From positions 15,984 to 79,983 of the forward strand of contig CAIQBE010000050.1 of assembly GCA_903870015.1 (NCBI GenBank): a stretch of DNA of 64,000 bases, given 5' to 3'. Numbering within the stretch: the first letter of the stretch is position 1; each line of letters starts with the position of its first letter. The notes under the pieces are model-generated. The model was not told the origin of the DNA, searched no databases, and saw nothing but the letters and a program-made list of their open reading frames with translations. A program made the position numbers and the translations under genes. This stretch comes from an uncultured Thiotrichales bacterium. Its GTDB lineage: Bacteria; Pseudomonadota; Gammaproteobacteria; Francisellales; CACEW01. Shown piece by piece: positions 50,897-60,746 of the stretch.

Positions 50897-52189
50897 ATGA
50901 GTAACGCGCGTGTTGCAAAATTAACTTTACCTGATGGCCAAGCTTTTGATTTACCTATACTCAAGAGCACTTTAGGCCCTGATGTAATCGATATCAACAG
51001 CCTGGCAAAAAGTGGCTTGTTTACCTTCGACCCTGGTTTTATGTCAACCGCGGCTTGCCGCTCTGCTATTACCTATATTGATGGCGATAAAGGCATTTTG
51101 CTACACCGCGGCTACCCCATTCAAGAACTGGCTGATAATAGCTCATACCTAGAGGTCTGCTATCTACTGTTAAACGGCGAGCTTCCTAACAAAACCCAAA
51201 TAACCGAATTTGAAGAAAACATCAAATACCATACTATGGTGCACGAACAAGTCGTGAGCTTTTTCCAAGGGTTTCGCAGAAGCGCCCACCCCATGGCAAT
51301 CATGGTCGGGGTGGTCGGCGCGCTCTCAGCTTTTTATCATGAACAAATCAACATTCATGAAGAATCGAATCGCCAGCTCGTTGCCCATCGCCTGATCGGC
51401 AAAATGCCAACGATTGCCGCCATGTGCTACAAATACGCCATAGGCCAACCCTTCATGTATCCAAAAAATGAGATGAGCTATGCCGAAAATTTCTTATACA
51501 TGATGTTTGGCACGCCTTGCGAAGAATATGTACCTAATCCGGTATTCGTAAAAGCCCTCGATCGTATTTTTATGCTCCATGCTGATCACGAGCAAAATGC
51601 ATCAACTTCAACCGTACGCCTCGCAGGCTCAACCGGCGCCAATCCTTATGCCTGTATTTCATCCGGCATTTCCGCACTATGGGGACCGGCTCATGGCGGC
51701 GCTAACGAAGCAGCATTAAGAATGCTCATGGAAATTGGCGATGTCAAAAATATTCCTGCGTTTATTGAAAAAGTAAAAGATAAAAACAGCAATGTACGCT
51801 TAATGGGCTTTGGTCATCGTGTTTACAAAAATTTTGACCCACGTGCTAAAGTTATGCGCCAAACCTGTGAAGATGTCTTAAAAGAACTAGGTGATAGTAA
51901 CAACCCTATTCTGGAAGTGGCCATGGCCTTGCAAGACATCGCCCTAAGCGACCCTTATTTCATCGAGCGCAAACTTTACCCTAATGTAGACTTTTACTCA
52001 GGAATCATTCTCAATGCCATCGGCATCCCCATGAGCATGTTTACCGTAATTTTCGCACTAGCACGTACCGTCGGCTGGATCTCACAATGGAATGAAATGA
52101 TGTCGGATAAAGAATCGAAACTAGGCCGCCCACGCCAATTATACGTAGGCCCCACTGAACGTCATTACGAGCCCATCAGCAAACGTTAA
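50897..52189 (+). CDS. gltA: citrate synthase (type II)
   Basis: 430 aa. [14 protein letters not shown] and [11 protein letters not shown] motifs. Confidence 0.96.
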   Translation: MSNARVAKLTLPDGQAFDLPILKSTLGPDVIDINSLAKSGLFTFDPGFMSTAACRSAITYIDGDKGILLHRGYPIQELADNSSYLEVCYLLLNGELPNKTQITEFEENIKYHTMVHEQVVSFFQGFRRSAHPMAIMVGVVGALSAFYHEQINIHEESNRQLVAHRLIGKMPTIAAMCYKYAIGQPFMYPKNEMSYAENFLYMMFGTPCEEYVPNPVFVKALDRIFMLHADHEQNASTSTVRLAGSTGANPYACISSGISALWGPAHGGANEAALRMLMEIGDVKNIPAFIEKVKDKNSNVRLMGFGHRVYKNFDPRAKVMRQTCEDVLKELGDSNNPILEVAMALQDIALSDPYFIERKLYPNVDFYSGIILNAIGIPMSMFTVIFALARTVGWISQWNEMMSDKESKLGRPRQLYVGPTERHYEPISKR

Positions 52190-53235
52190 TGAGCCGCTCA
52201 TTCGCACAATATACCAAAGACTGTGAACAATACGTTCGTAGCATTCGCAGTCTTTATTATCAGGGCGCCAAGCTTGAACAGGTGATTAACATGAGCCTGC
52301 CCTTTGAGCTCAAGCCTGCTCATGAAGCGCCCTATAAAAAAGGCATGCTCATGGCTCACGGCTTTCTGAGCTCGCCTTATCTAATGCGCTCCTTAGCTCA
52401 AGATTTTGCAAAAGCCAATTTCTTAGTACGCGCGGTGCTACTACCCGGACATGGCACGCAATACCAAGATTTAGATAATTACACTTGGGAAGATTGGCTT
52501 GCCACCATAAAATTAGGCTATGACAGCCTCGCTAAAGACTGCGAGGAAATTTATCTCTGCGGCTTTTCTATTGGCGCAACGCTCTCATTACTATTTGCAT
52601 TAAGTGCTTTTAAACAACAAAACTGCAAAATAAAAAAATTAATTTTACTGGGCCCATGCCTTGGCGTTAAACCCATCGCAAAAACATTTCCCTTCTTAGT
52701 AAAAAAGAATCTAACACGTTTCTTACCAAAATTATTTTGCACTCAAGCCGAAGCCGAGCACCTAGGAAGCTACACACAGTTTTCAATCAAAAGCGTCGCA
52801 CAAGTGACTGAACTCTTAAGCCTATTGAAAAAAGAACTAAAGCCATACCAAAAACAACAAATTCCGCTACCCTTATTTATAAGTGCCAGTCATGAAGATG
52901 GCACAGTCAAATTCAAACCCATTAGCCAATTGGTAAAAACACATTTACAGAAACAGGATTATTTTTACGTCTACAGCAACCATCCTTTAAAATTACCAAA
53001 AAACACACCCAACACCACAATCAACATGCACAAAGGCAATATTTTGGCTATGTCTCATGTCGCTATCCCCGTTGCACCGACCGACCCCTATTTTGGTAAA
53101 GACGGCAGCTATTATGGCCAGCTTCCTGAGAATACTAAGTTTGGAGAACCACACTTAACACACAGCATAAAACGCCTAACTTACAATCCTGACTACAACA
53201 ACCTAAAAGAAAAAATTTTAGCCTGGCTAATTTAA
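52189..53235 (+). CDS. alpha/beta-hydrolase fold esterase/lipase
   Basis: 348 aa. HGFLSSP oxyanion region and GFSIGAT nucleophile elbow (GxSxG). TAATG one-base overlap with the gltA stop. Confidence 0.7.
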   Translation: MSRSFAQYTKDCEQYVRSIRSLYYQGAKLEQVINMSLPFELKPAHEAPYKKGMLMAHGFLSSPYLMRSLAQDFAKANFLVRAVLLPGHGTQYQDLDNYTWEDWLATIKLGYDSLAKDCEEIYLCGFSIGATLSLLFALSAFKQQNCKIKKLILLGPCLGVKPIAKTFPFLVKKNLTRFLPKLFCTQAEAEHLGSYTQFSIKSVAQVTELLSLLKKELKPYQKQQIPLPLFISASHEDGTVKFKPISQLVKTHLQKQDYFYVYSNHPLKLPKNTPNTTINMHKGNILAMSHVAIPVAPTDPYFGKDGSYYGQLPENTKFGEPHLTHSIKRLTYNPDYNNLKEKILAWLI

Positions 53236-53240
53236 AGTGC

Positions 53241-53261
53241 AAATGAGAATCATTCTCATTT
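53241..53261. promoter_or_regulatory. Fur-box-like perfect palindrome upstream of the NRAMP gene
   Basis: AAATGAGAATCATTCTCATTT is a 21-nt perfect inverted repeat. It matches the core of the Fur consensus GATAATGATAATCATTATC at most positions and lies 53 nt upstream of the GTG start. Confidence 0.6.
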
Positions 53262-53313
53262 ACAAGCAAGACCAGATCAATTATACTAGCACCACCACAA
53301 ACAGGAGGCTAAT

Positions 53314-54549
53314 GTGAATAAAACTGGCACCCTTAAACATTGGCTACTACTTTTTATCGCCGTCTCAGGCCCAGGGCTTGTGGTCATGCTGGCAGACACC
53401 GATGCCGGCAGTGTGATTACTGCGGCACAAAGTGGCGCGGTTTGGGGCTATAAACTTTTAGCACTACAATTTATTTTAATGCCGATTTTATACATCGCCC
53501 AAGAGCTGACCATCCGCCTAGGCTTAGTCACTAAAATGGGCCATGGCGAGCTGATTCGTAAGCATTTTGGCAAGGCATGGGCCTGGCTATCGGTATCAAC
53601 CCTAGTAGCCTCATGTGCAGGCGGTATTATTACTGAGTTCAGCGGCATGGCAGGCGTGGGAATTTTGTTTGGCATCCCTATTTGGCTCACCATGGTTTTG
53701 GTCATCGGATTTTTAATCACCATTGCCTGGACCGGATCGTACTTATCAGTTGAACGTATCGCGATTTTCTTAGGCTTATTTGAGCTCACCTTCTTAATCG
53801 TGGCCTGGCGCGCACACCCAAACGCCCAAGCAATGCTAAATGGCCTAAAGAATATCCCCTACACTAATGCCAGTTATTTATATTTAGCCGCAGGTAATGT
53901 CGGGGCAGTGATCATGCCCTGGATGATTTTTTACCAACAATCCGCTGTCGTGGATAAAAAGCTAAAACTAGAACATTTACGCGCAGCGCGCATTGATACC
54001 GCCATAGGCGCTGTTATCACCCAACTTGTTATGGCCGCCGTACTTGTCACTACCGCAGCAACGCTTGGCAAAATCAACTCAGGCGCCCCCCTAAATACAG
54101 TAGAGCAAATCAGCGAAGCACTCACACCCTTTTTAGGCTCAGCCGCAGGACATTTATTATTTGCACTTGGCATTATTGGCTCAGCCATGGTCGCCGCGAT
54201 AGTGGTATCACTCACGGCGGCCTGGGGCCTGGGTGAGGTCATGGGCTACAAGCGCTCACTCGAACACAAAGTGCACGAGGCGCCATGGTTTTACTCGATC
54301 TACACATTGACACTCATCATCGGCGGATTTATTGTTGCCTCTGGCATTAATCTCGTTAACTTAAGCGTTGCTGTCGAAGTCATGAACGCGATTTTATTGC
54401 CGATCGTATTAGGATTTTTATATTTGTTAGCTCGCAAAGCCTTACCCGAAAAATATCGCCTCAAAGGCATCTATGCTTGGGTAGTCGCAATTATCTTAGG
54501 CATTACCGCACTCTTCGGCTTCGTTGCCGGCATCTGGGGAAGCATTTAA
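53314..54549 (+). CDS. mntH: NRAMP-family divalent metal transporter (divergent metal-site motifs)
   Basis: 411 aa, 11 TM. GTG start with an AGGAGG RBS. The TM1 motif is DTDAGS where canonical MntH has DPGN. The TM6 motif is AVIMPW where canonical MntH has MPH. Confidence 0.75.
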   Translation: MNKTGTLKHWLLLFIAVSGPGLVVMLADTDAGSVITAAQSGAVWGYKLLALQFILMPILYIAQELTIRLGLVTKMGHGELIRKHFGKAWAWLSVSTLVASCAGGIITEFSGMAGVGILFGIPIWLTMVLVIGFLITIAWTGSYLSVERIAIFLGLFELTFLIVAWRAHPNAQAMLNGLKNIPYTNASYLYLAAGNVGAVIMPWMIFYQQSAVVDKKLKLEHLRAARIDTAIGAVITQLVMAAVLVTTAATLGKINSGAPLNTVEQISEALTPFLGSAAGHLLFALGIIGSAMVAAIVVSLTAAWGLGEVMGYKRSLEHKVHEAPWFYSIYTLTLIIGGFIVASGINLVNLSVAVEVMNAILLPIVLGFLYLLARKALPEKYRLKGIYAWVVAIILGITALFGFVAGIWGSI

Positions 54550-55062
54550 ATGACACAAAAATTACCATTCACACTCACGGCCGTCGTCGCTTTTGATAAA
54601 AATTTTGGCATCGGCAAAGACAATCAATTATTATGGCATTTGCCCAATGATCTTAAACACTTCAAGAGCCTAACTCTCAACAAGAATATTTTAATGGGCC
54701 GCAAAACGTATGAATCCATTGGCCGGCCTTTACCCAATCGACGCATGATCGTCCTAACGCGCAATAAAGACTTTCACTCGGACTACGCCACCGTAATTCA
54801 TGACCTTAACAAACTCAAAGATGTGATCGTACCCACTGATGAATTGATGCTGATTGGCGGCGCTGAACTATACCAACTATGCCTACCCTATACCGATAAA
54901 ATTTACGCGACTGAAGTCGATGCAGAAATAAAAGATGCCGATGCTTTTTTTCCAAAATTAAACGAAACAGCATGGAAAAGAGCGTCTGAAGAATATCACT
55001 CAAAAGATGAGCATCACAATTACAACTACACCTTTGTAACGTTAACTAAGAATGCAACTTAA
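54550..55062 (+). CDS. folA: dihydrofolate reductase
   Basis: 170 aa. LLWHLPNDLKHFKSLT, GRKTYESIG and LIGGAELY. Confidence 0.93.
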   Translation: MTQKLPFTLTAVVAFDKNFGIGKDNQLLWHLPNDLKHFKSLTLNKNILMGRKTYESIGRPLPNRRMIVLTRNKDFHSDYATVIHDLNKLKDVIVPTDELMLIGGAELYQLCLPYTDKIYATEVDAEIKDADAFFPKLNETAWKRASEEYHSKDEHHNYNYTFVTLTKNAT

Positions 55063-55312
55063 GCAACTCATCCATAATCTTAGCACTCAAAAAAATATCA
55101 TCACGGACTAAATCTGTATGATAGTCGTGCAAAGGCTCACTATAACCAAAGCGCAGGCGATCATCGATGGCATGAATTTTTTTATGAAGAATCTTTTGCT
55201 CTGCCATTAAACCACGCAAAAATTCAGGCAACTGCCGAATAACAGCGGATTGAACACTATCAGTTTTAACAACATTTTTACGTACTTGATAAACTTTACG
55301 ACCGGAATGCAT
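55046..55312 (-). CDS. hypothetical small protein downstream of dapF
   Basis: 88 aa. Overlaps the dapF 3' end by 17 nt and the convergent folA 3' end by 17 nt. No motif recognised, and coding status is uncertain. Confidence 0.35.
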   Translation of the reverse strand: MHSGRKVYQVRKNVVKTDSVQSAVIRQLPEFLRGLMAEQKILHKKIHAIDDRLRFGYSEPLHDYHTDLVRDDIFLSAKIMDELLKLHS

Positions 55313-56108
55313 CTTGAACGACCTTCTGTAATTGAACCTGACCCCGCAAGGATAAATGCCCCCCTAAATCCTGTAAACGAAGCATGCCTCCTGACATTTT
55401 TAAATCAAGCGGAGCACCATGGGCAATCAAACCTTGATCTTGCAGCACACATAATACCGCCATTGCGCCCGATCCACAAGCTTCGGTAATACCCGCCCCA
55501 CGCTCATACACCAAAGCTTGCCATTGATCTTCGGTATTTTTAAATACAAATTCAACATTAATACCGCCATAAAGATCTTGATAGTGCTCGCCAATACGAG
55601 GCCCCACAAGCAAAAGCTCATCACGAGAAATCTCTGCAAAAATCACTAAATGCGGATTAGGCATATCCATGCGAAAACCGCTAAACTTCGTGCCGGGAAA
55701 AACTTGAACTGTTTCTAGACCTAAATTTTTAACCCCCGTTTTAGGCAAATAAATTTCCACCTGATCATGGGTAACATGACAACGAATCTCTTGACCTGCA
55801 ATAAAAATTGAAAAGGGCTGAGCCAAATCATATTTTTGGACCAAATGATACGCCACACAGCGCACACCATTACCACAAAAAATGCCATCACTGCCATCAG
55901 GATTAAAAAAATATGCTTGGTAGGGAGCGCTATCGGTCACTAACATCAAGCCATCGCCTTGATCACTACAAAGTTGCACACTTAAATTAACCCATTTTGA
56001 ATCAGAACGGACGTCCGTCTGTGGCGAAACCTCTACCACCCACAACAAATTCCCGGTACCGCTATAAAGGCTTGCTTGCATATTAAAAACACGATGATTT
56101 ATAAACAT
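55296..56108 (-). CDS. dapF: diaminopimelate epimerase
   Basis: 270 aa. FFNPDGSDGIFCGNGVRC and EACGSGAMA carry the two catalytic cysteines. Confidence 0.92.
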   Translation of the reverse strand: MFINHRVFNMQASLYSGTGNLLWVVEVSPQTDVRSDSKWVNLSVQLCSDQGDGLMLVTDSAPYQAYFFNPDGSDGIFCGNGVRCVAYHLVQKYDLAQPFSIFIAGQEIRCHVTHDQVEIYLPKTGVKNLGLETVQVFPGTKFSGFRMDMPNPHLVIFAEISRDELLLVGPRIGEHYQDLYGGINVEFVFKNTEDQWQALVYERGAGITEACGSGAMAVLCVLQDQGLIAHGAPLDLKMSGGMLRLQDLGGHLSLRGQVQLQKVVQDAFRS

Positions 56109-56166
56109 ATCATATCACGAAAGAATGAATTAAAATAGACACTTAAATAGCAAACTTAAAGCCACT

Positions 56167-58164
56167 ATGCCCTTTGCCATTAAAGCCCCTTATAAACCCT
56201 CAGGAGACCAACCCACTGCCATACGCCAACTAACTGAGGGCCTCAATGATGGCTTGAAAAATCAAGTGCTGCTAGGCGTTACGGGCTCTGGCAAAACCTT
56301 TACCATTGCCAATGTCATTCAAAATGTCCAGCGCCCGGCTTTAATTCTAGTGCATAACAAAACCCTGGCTGCACAATTTTATGGCGAAATGAAAACTTTT
56401 TTCCCCAATAATCACGTCGAATACTTTGTCTCATACTACGATTACTATCAACCCGAAGCCTACGTCCCCGCCTCTGACACCTATATCGAAAAAGACTCCG
56501 CCATCAACGAGCATATCGAACAGATGCGCTTATCGGCAACCAAAGCCCTGTTAGAATATGATGATGTGATTATTGTCGCCACAGTCTCTGCTATATATGG
56601 CCTAGGCGATCCTAACTCTTATTTACAAATGGCCATACACCTGGATAAGGCCCACCCCATTAAACAACGGGACTTATTAAAGCGCCTGGCTGAAATTCAA
56701 TACACCCGCAATGACAGTGTGCTCGAACGCGGCACATACCGAGTGCGTGGCGATGTTATCGACGTATTCCCTGCTGAATCCGAAAAAGATGCGATTCGCA
56801 TCGAACTCTTTGGTGATGATATTGAAGCCCTCAAATATTTTGACCCCCTGACCGGCGAAATATTAGGCCAAGTGCCGCGGCTAACCATATTCCCAAAAAC
56901 TCACTACGCGACGCCTCGGGAAATTTTAGTGAATATGCTTGATCAAATGAAAGTAGACCTAAAAACTCAAGTAAAGTTTTTTGAAGAACAACATAAACTC
57001 GTGGAAGCACAACGTTTACAACAAAGAACCCTCTATGACATCGAAATGATTAATGAAATTGGTTATTGCAAAGGTATCGAAAACTACTCACGCTATCTTT
57101 CAGGCAAAGCCCCAGGCGAAGCACCACCAACGCTCATTGATTATCTACCCAAAAATGCATTGCTCGTGATCGATGAATCTCACGCCACCGTACCGCAACT
57201 CGGCGCTATGTACAAAGGCGATCGCTCACGCAAAGAAAACCTAGTCAACTATGGCTTTCGCTTGCCCGCAGCCTTGGATAATCGCCCCCTGCAATTTTCA
57301 GAATTTGAAGCACTCATGCCTCAAACTATTTATGTATCCGCAACACCCGGCAACTATGAGTCTGAGCATGCGGATCTCGTGACCGAACAAGTAGTACGGC
57401 CGACAGGACTCCTTGACCCAGAAATTGTGATAAGACCAGTAGGCTCACAAGTTGATGATGTCTTATCAGAAATTAAAAAACGCCTCCCCAAAAACGAACG
57501 CGTACTAATTACCACTCTCACCAAAAAAATGGCCGAAGATTTAAGCAGCTATTTAAACGAACAAGGCATCAAAGTACGCTACCTACACTCGGACATCGAC
57601 ACCGTTGAACGCGTTGAGATTTTACGTGATTTGCGCTTGGGCGTTTTTGATGTTTTAGTGGGCATTAACTTATTACGTGAAGGCTTAGACTTGCCGGAAG
57701 TATCCCTCGTCGCTATTTTTGATGCTGATAAAGAAGGCTTTTTACGCTCAACCCGATCCTTAATTCAAACCATCGGCCGTGCTGCACGTAACGTCAATGG
57801 CTTAGCAATTTTATACGCCGATCGTATCACTGATTCAATGAAAGCGGCAATCGATGAAACCCAGCGCCGCCGGGAAAAGCAAATTCAGTACAATATCGAA
57901 CACGGCATCACCCCCACCACCATTATCCGAGCGATCCAAGATATCATGGAAGGCGCCCGCACTAAAAACCGCGAAGAATTAATTAAAACAAAAAGCCTAG
58001 ACTTACCCGACCTTGAAGCCCTCACCCCACTAGAAGTCTCCAAGCTAGTAAAACAACTAGAAAAACGCATGCGCGAACATGCCAAAAATTTAGAGTTCGA
58101 GCAGGCAGGACACGTCCGAGATCAGTTGCTAGAATTGGAACATTATTGGAAAACAGAAATTTGA
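56167..58164 (+). CDS. uvrB: excinuclease ABC subunit B
   Basis: 665 aa. GVTGSGKT Walker A, DESH box and C-terminal UVR motif ([12 protein letters not shown]). Confidence 0.97.
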   Translation: MPFAIKAPYKPSGDQPTAIRQLTEGLNDGLKNQVLLGVTGSGKTFTIANVIQNVQRPALILVHNKTLAAQFYGEMKTFFPNNHVEYFVSYYDYYQPEAYVPASDTYIEKDSAINEHIEQMRLSATKALLEYDDVIIVATVSAIYGLGDPNSYLQMAIHLDKAHPIKQRDLLKRLAEIQYTRNDSVLERGTYRVRGDVIDVFPAESEKDAIRIELFGDDIEALKYFDPLTGEILGQVPRLTIFPKTHYATPREILVNMLDQMKVDLKTQVKFFEEQHKLVEAQRLQQRTLYDIEMINEIGYCKGIENYSRYLSGKAPGEAPPTLIDYLPKNALLVIDESHATVPQLGAMYKGDRSRKENLVNYGFRLPAALDNRPLQFSEFEALMPQTIYVSATPGNYESEHADLVTEQVVRPTGLLDPEIVIRPVGSQVDDVLSEIKKRLPKNERVLITTLTKKMAEDLSSYLNEQGIKVRYLHSDIDTVERVEILRDLRLGVFDVLVGINLLREGLDLPEVSLVAIFDADKEGFLRSTRSLIQTIGRAARNVNGLAILYADRITDSMKAAIDETQRRREKQIQYNIEHGITPTTIIRAIQDIMEGARTKNREELIKTKSLDLPDLEALTPLEVSKLVKQLEKRMREHAKNLEFEQAGHVRDQLLELEHYWKTEI

Positions 58165-58216
58165 CATCAATCCCAGTTCATTTTATAGTGCAAGCTCTTG
58201 ATTAATTAGGCAACTC

Positions 58217-59398
58217 ATGAAAAACCGTTTAATCGGCGGCATTTTACTTATTGTTGGCACCTCAATTGGCGGCGGTATGTTAGCCATTCCTATGGCCACA
58301 GCGGGCCTGGGATTTTGGACCTCTAGCCTTGTACTCCTAGGAATTTGGCTAATTACAGTGTTTTCAGCCTACTTGATTCTTGAGGTGAATTTACTGCTAC
58401 CCGAAGGCACCAACCTCATCAGTATGGCACGCACAACGATGGGGCGTGGCGGTGAAGTAATTATGTGGATTTGTTATTTACTTTTACTTTACGCCTTAAT
58501 GTCAGCTTACACCTCTGGTGGCGCTGATATTATTTACAACCTAAGCACAGCCCTACATTTCACATTAGCCAACTGGCTCAATGCGCTAGTTTTTTTAGTC
58601 ATTTTCGGCAGTATTGTCGCCATCGGCATTCATGGGGTAGATTTTGCTAACCGCATTTTATTAAGCACAAAGCTCTTAACTTTTTTATTGGTTGCAGGTT
58701 TTTGCTTAAGCTTAGTTCATATCAATTTTATGCAACATAGCGACTTAAGTTATTTAAGCTCGGCTGTCATGCCAGTCATCACCTCGTTTGGCTTTGCGAT
58801 CATCATGCCCTCATTGCGAGTATACTTAAATAGCAATATTAAACTCTTACGCCAAACTATTTTTTATGGCAGCCTCATTCCTCTCACCTGCTATTTACTA
58901 TGGAATTTTGTGGTACAAGGCAGCATTCAAAGCGACCAACTTATTAGCTTTGGCGCGAGTGATCATGCCGTTGCCTCTCTCACGGATACTTTAAGCTTAC
59001 TCACCCACAATGGCTTCATTAGCCAACTAACCCACCTATTCACTATTATTTGCATCACCACATCATTTTTAGGCGTATCGCTGTGCTTGGTCGATTTTTT
59101 ACGGGATGGGCTACGCTTAAAAGCCCAAACCCATCGGAGCCTATGGCCCATACTCCTTGCCTTCGTGCCACCATTAATTTTAGTCAGCATGATACCAAGC
59201 TTATTTATTAAGGCCTTAAGCTATGCTGGAGTTATGTGCGTTATCTTACTTATGCTACTGCCAGGAGTTATGGCATACCAGGGTCGCTATCGCCTAAAAC
59301 TACCCAGCCATTATCAAGTCATCGGCGGAAAGGCATTACTAATACTACAAATAGTGCTATCCTTAATACTACTAATCTTTGCACTCTATCATATTTAA
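58217..59398 (+). CDS. aromatic amino acid permease (TyrP/Mtr/TnaB, ArAAP family)
   Basis: 393 aa, 11 TM. GTSIGGGMLAIPMATAGLGF signature. Confidence 0.8.
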   Translation: MKNRLIGGILLIVGTSIGGGMLAIPMATAGLGFWTSSLVLLGIWLITVFSAYLILEVNLLLPEGTNLISMARTTMGRGGEVIMWICYLLLLYALMSAYTSGGADIIYNLSTALHFTLANWLNALVFLVIFGSIVAIGIHGVDFANRILLSTKLLTFLLVAGFCLSLVHINFMQHSDLSYLSSAVMPVITSFGFAIIMPSLRVYLNSNIKLLRQTIFYGSLIPLTCYLLWNFVVQGSIQSDQLISFGASDHAVASLTDTLSLLTHNGFISQLTHLFTIICITTSFLGVSLCLVDFLRDGLRLKAQTHRSLWPILLAFVPPLILVSMIPSLFIKALSYAGVMCVILLMLLPGVMAYQGRYRLKLPSHYQVIGGKALLILQIVLSLILLIFALYHI

Positions 59399-59409
59399 AG
59401 GAGCCCCTC

Positions 59410-60690
59410 ATGAATAACAAACGCTATTTATTCAAAGCTTTTATGATCGTGTTTATCACTTCTTTTTTATTTTTTTACGAATTTGGACTTACCAACATTT
59501 ATAACTCCCTTGGGCCCTACGTCGTTAAGGATTTTAACTTAAGCCCAACCCAATTTGGATTTATTGCCAGTTTATTTTTTTACACGGATTTACTGTTTTT
59601 AATCCCTGCAGGATTGTTAGTTGATCGCTACTCACCAAGGCGCATTATCACCCTTGTACTCCTGGTTTCAAGTACAGGCGTACTCTTAAACGCCAATAGC
59701 CATAGCTTGACAATGCTAATTTTCGCTCGATTACTCATGGGCTTTGGCGGTGGCTTTTGCTTAGTGAGCTGTATTCGTATCGCCGTTAATTGGTTTCCGT
59801 CTCAGTACCTTGCCGCCATCAGCGGATTTATTATTACCATGGGCATGCTCGGCGGACTCATGGTCCAAACACCACTCACGCTACTCATCATTCACACATC
59901 ATGGCGTGAAGCCTTGGTGATCGTGGCTATCATTGGCTACACTATTGCCGCATTGATTTTTTTATGCGTGCGCGACATGCCACCAGAACGCCGCGAAGAA
60001 CTCCAAGGACACATCAAAAAACACCATGAATCAGGTCTCATACACTGTCTAAAACTCGCTTTACTGAAAAAACAAAACTGGTACTGCGGTTTTTACACCT
60101 GCCTCATGAACCTCCCCATTTTTATGCTGGGAGCACTCCTTGGCATTCCCTACCTAACTCAAGTAAATCAACTCACCACCACAGAAGCAGCAACAGTTTC
60201 AGGCATGCTCTATTTAGGCACAATGATCGGCTCACCCATCATGGGCTGGCTATCTGATACCTTTAAAAACCGCAAACTTCCCATGCTGATTAATGCAGTC
60301 TTGGCCATAGTCCTCGTATTTATTATTATTCAAATTACTAGCAATAATTTTTGGCTACTTCTCGGATTATTTTTACTCTTAGGTGTTATCACCAGCGCTC
60401 AAATTATTAGCTACCCCACGGTAGTTGAAAGCAATTCTAAAATGATCAGCAGCTCAGCGACCTGTATTATTTCAATGATGTGCATGGTGAGCGGCGCATT
60501 CATTCAACCCTTGGCAGGCTTTTTGCTATCAATTCGTGGCGGCCAGGTCATTGCAGGAACCATGGACTACCCCATCACAAGCTACCACTTTGTCATGAAT
60601 ATCTTACCGATTGCTTTTATCATCGCATTTATCTTCGCACTGCTTATCCGCGAGACTCATGCCAAAGCACTACCCGATGATCCCTCTTGA
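59410..60690 (+). CDS. MFS transporter (possibly Pht phagosomal-transporter-like)
   Basis: 426 aa from ATG 59410 (AAGGAG RBS). The ORF-track start at 59236 overlaps the preceding gene and was rejected. 12 TM. GLLVDRYSPRR loop 2-3 motif. Confidence 0.8.
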   Translation: MNNKRYLFKAFMIVFITSFLFFYEFGLTNIYNSLGPYVVKDFNLSPTQFGFIASLFFYTDLLFLIPAGLLVDRYSPRRIITLVLLVSSTGVLLNANSHSLTMLIFARLLMGFGGGFCLVSCIRIAVNWFPSQYLAAISGFIITMGMLGGLMVQTPLTLLIIHTSWREALVIVAIIGYTIAALIFLCVRDMPPERREELQGHIKKHHESGLIHCLKLALLKKQNWYCGFYTCLMNLPIFMLGALLGIPYLTQVNQLTTTEAATVSGMLYLGTMIGSPIMGWLSDTFKNRKLPMLINAVLAIVLVFIIIQITSNNFWLLLGLFLLLGVITSAQIISYPTVVESNSKMISSSATCIISMMCMVSGAFIQPLAGFLLSIRGGQVIAGTMDYPITSYHFVMNILPIAFIIAFIFALLIRETHAKALPDDPS

Positions 60691-60714
60691 AAAAAGCTGC
60701 CCGCCCCCTCATAT
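60686..60714 (+). promoter_or_regulatory. candidate sigma32 heat-shock promoter for htpG
   Basis: CTTGAAA - ~12 nt - CCCCTCATAT resembles the E. coli sigma32 consensus CTTGAAA / CCCCATNT. It lies 33 nt upstream of the htpG ATG and overlaps the end of the MFS gene. Confidence 0.35.
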
Positions 60715-60746
60715 AAGAATCACCTAATCAATTTATCGGAGCAACC

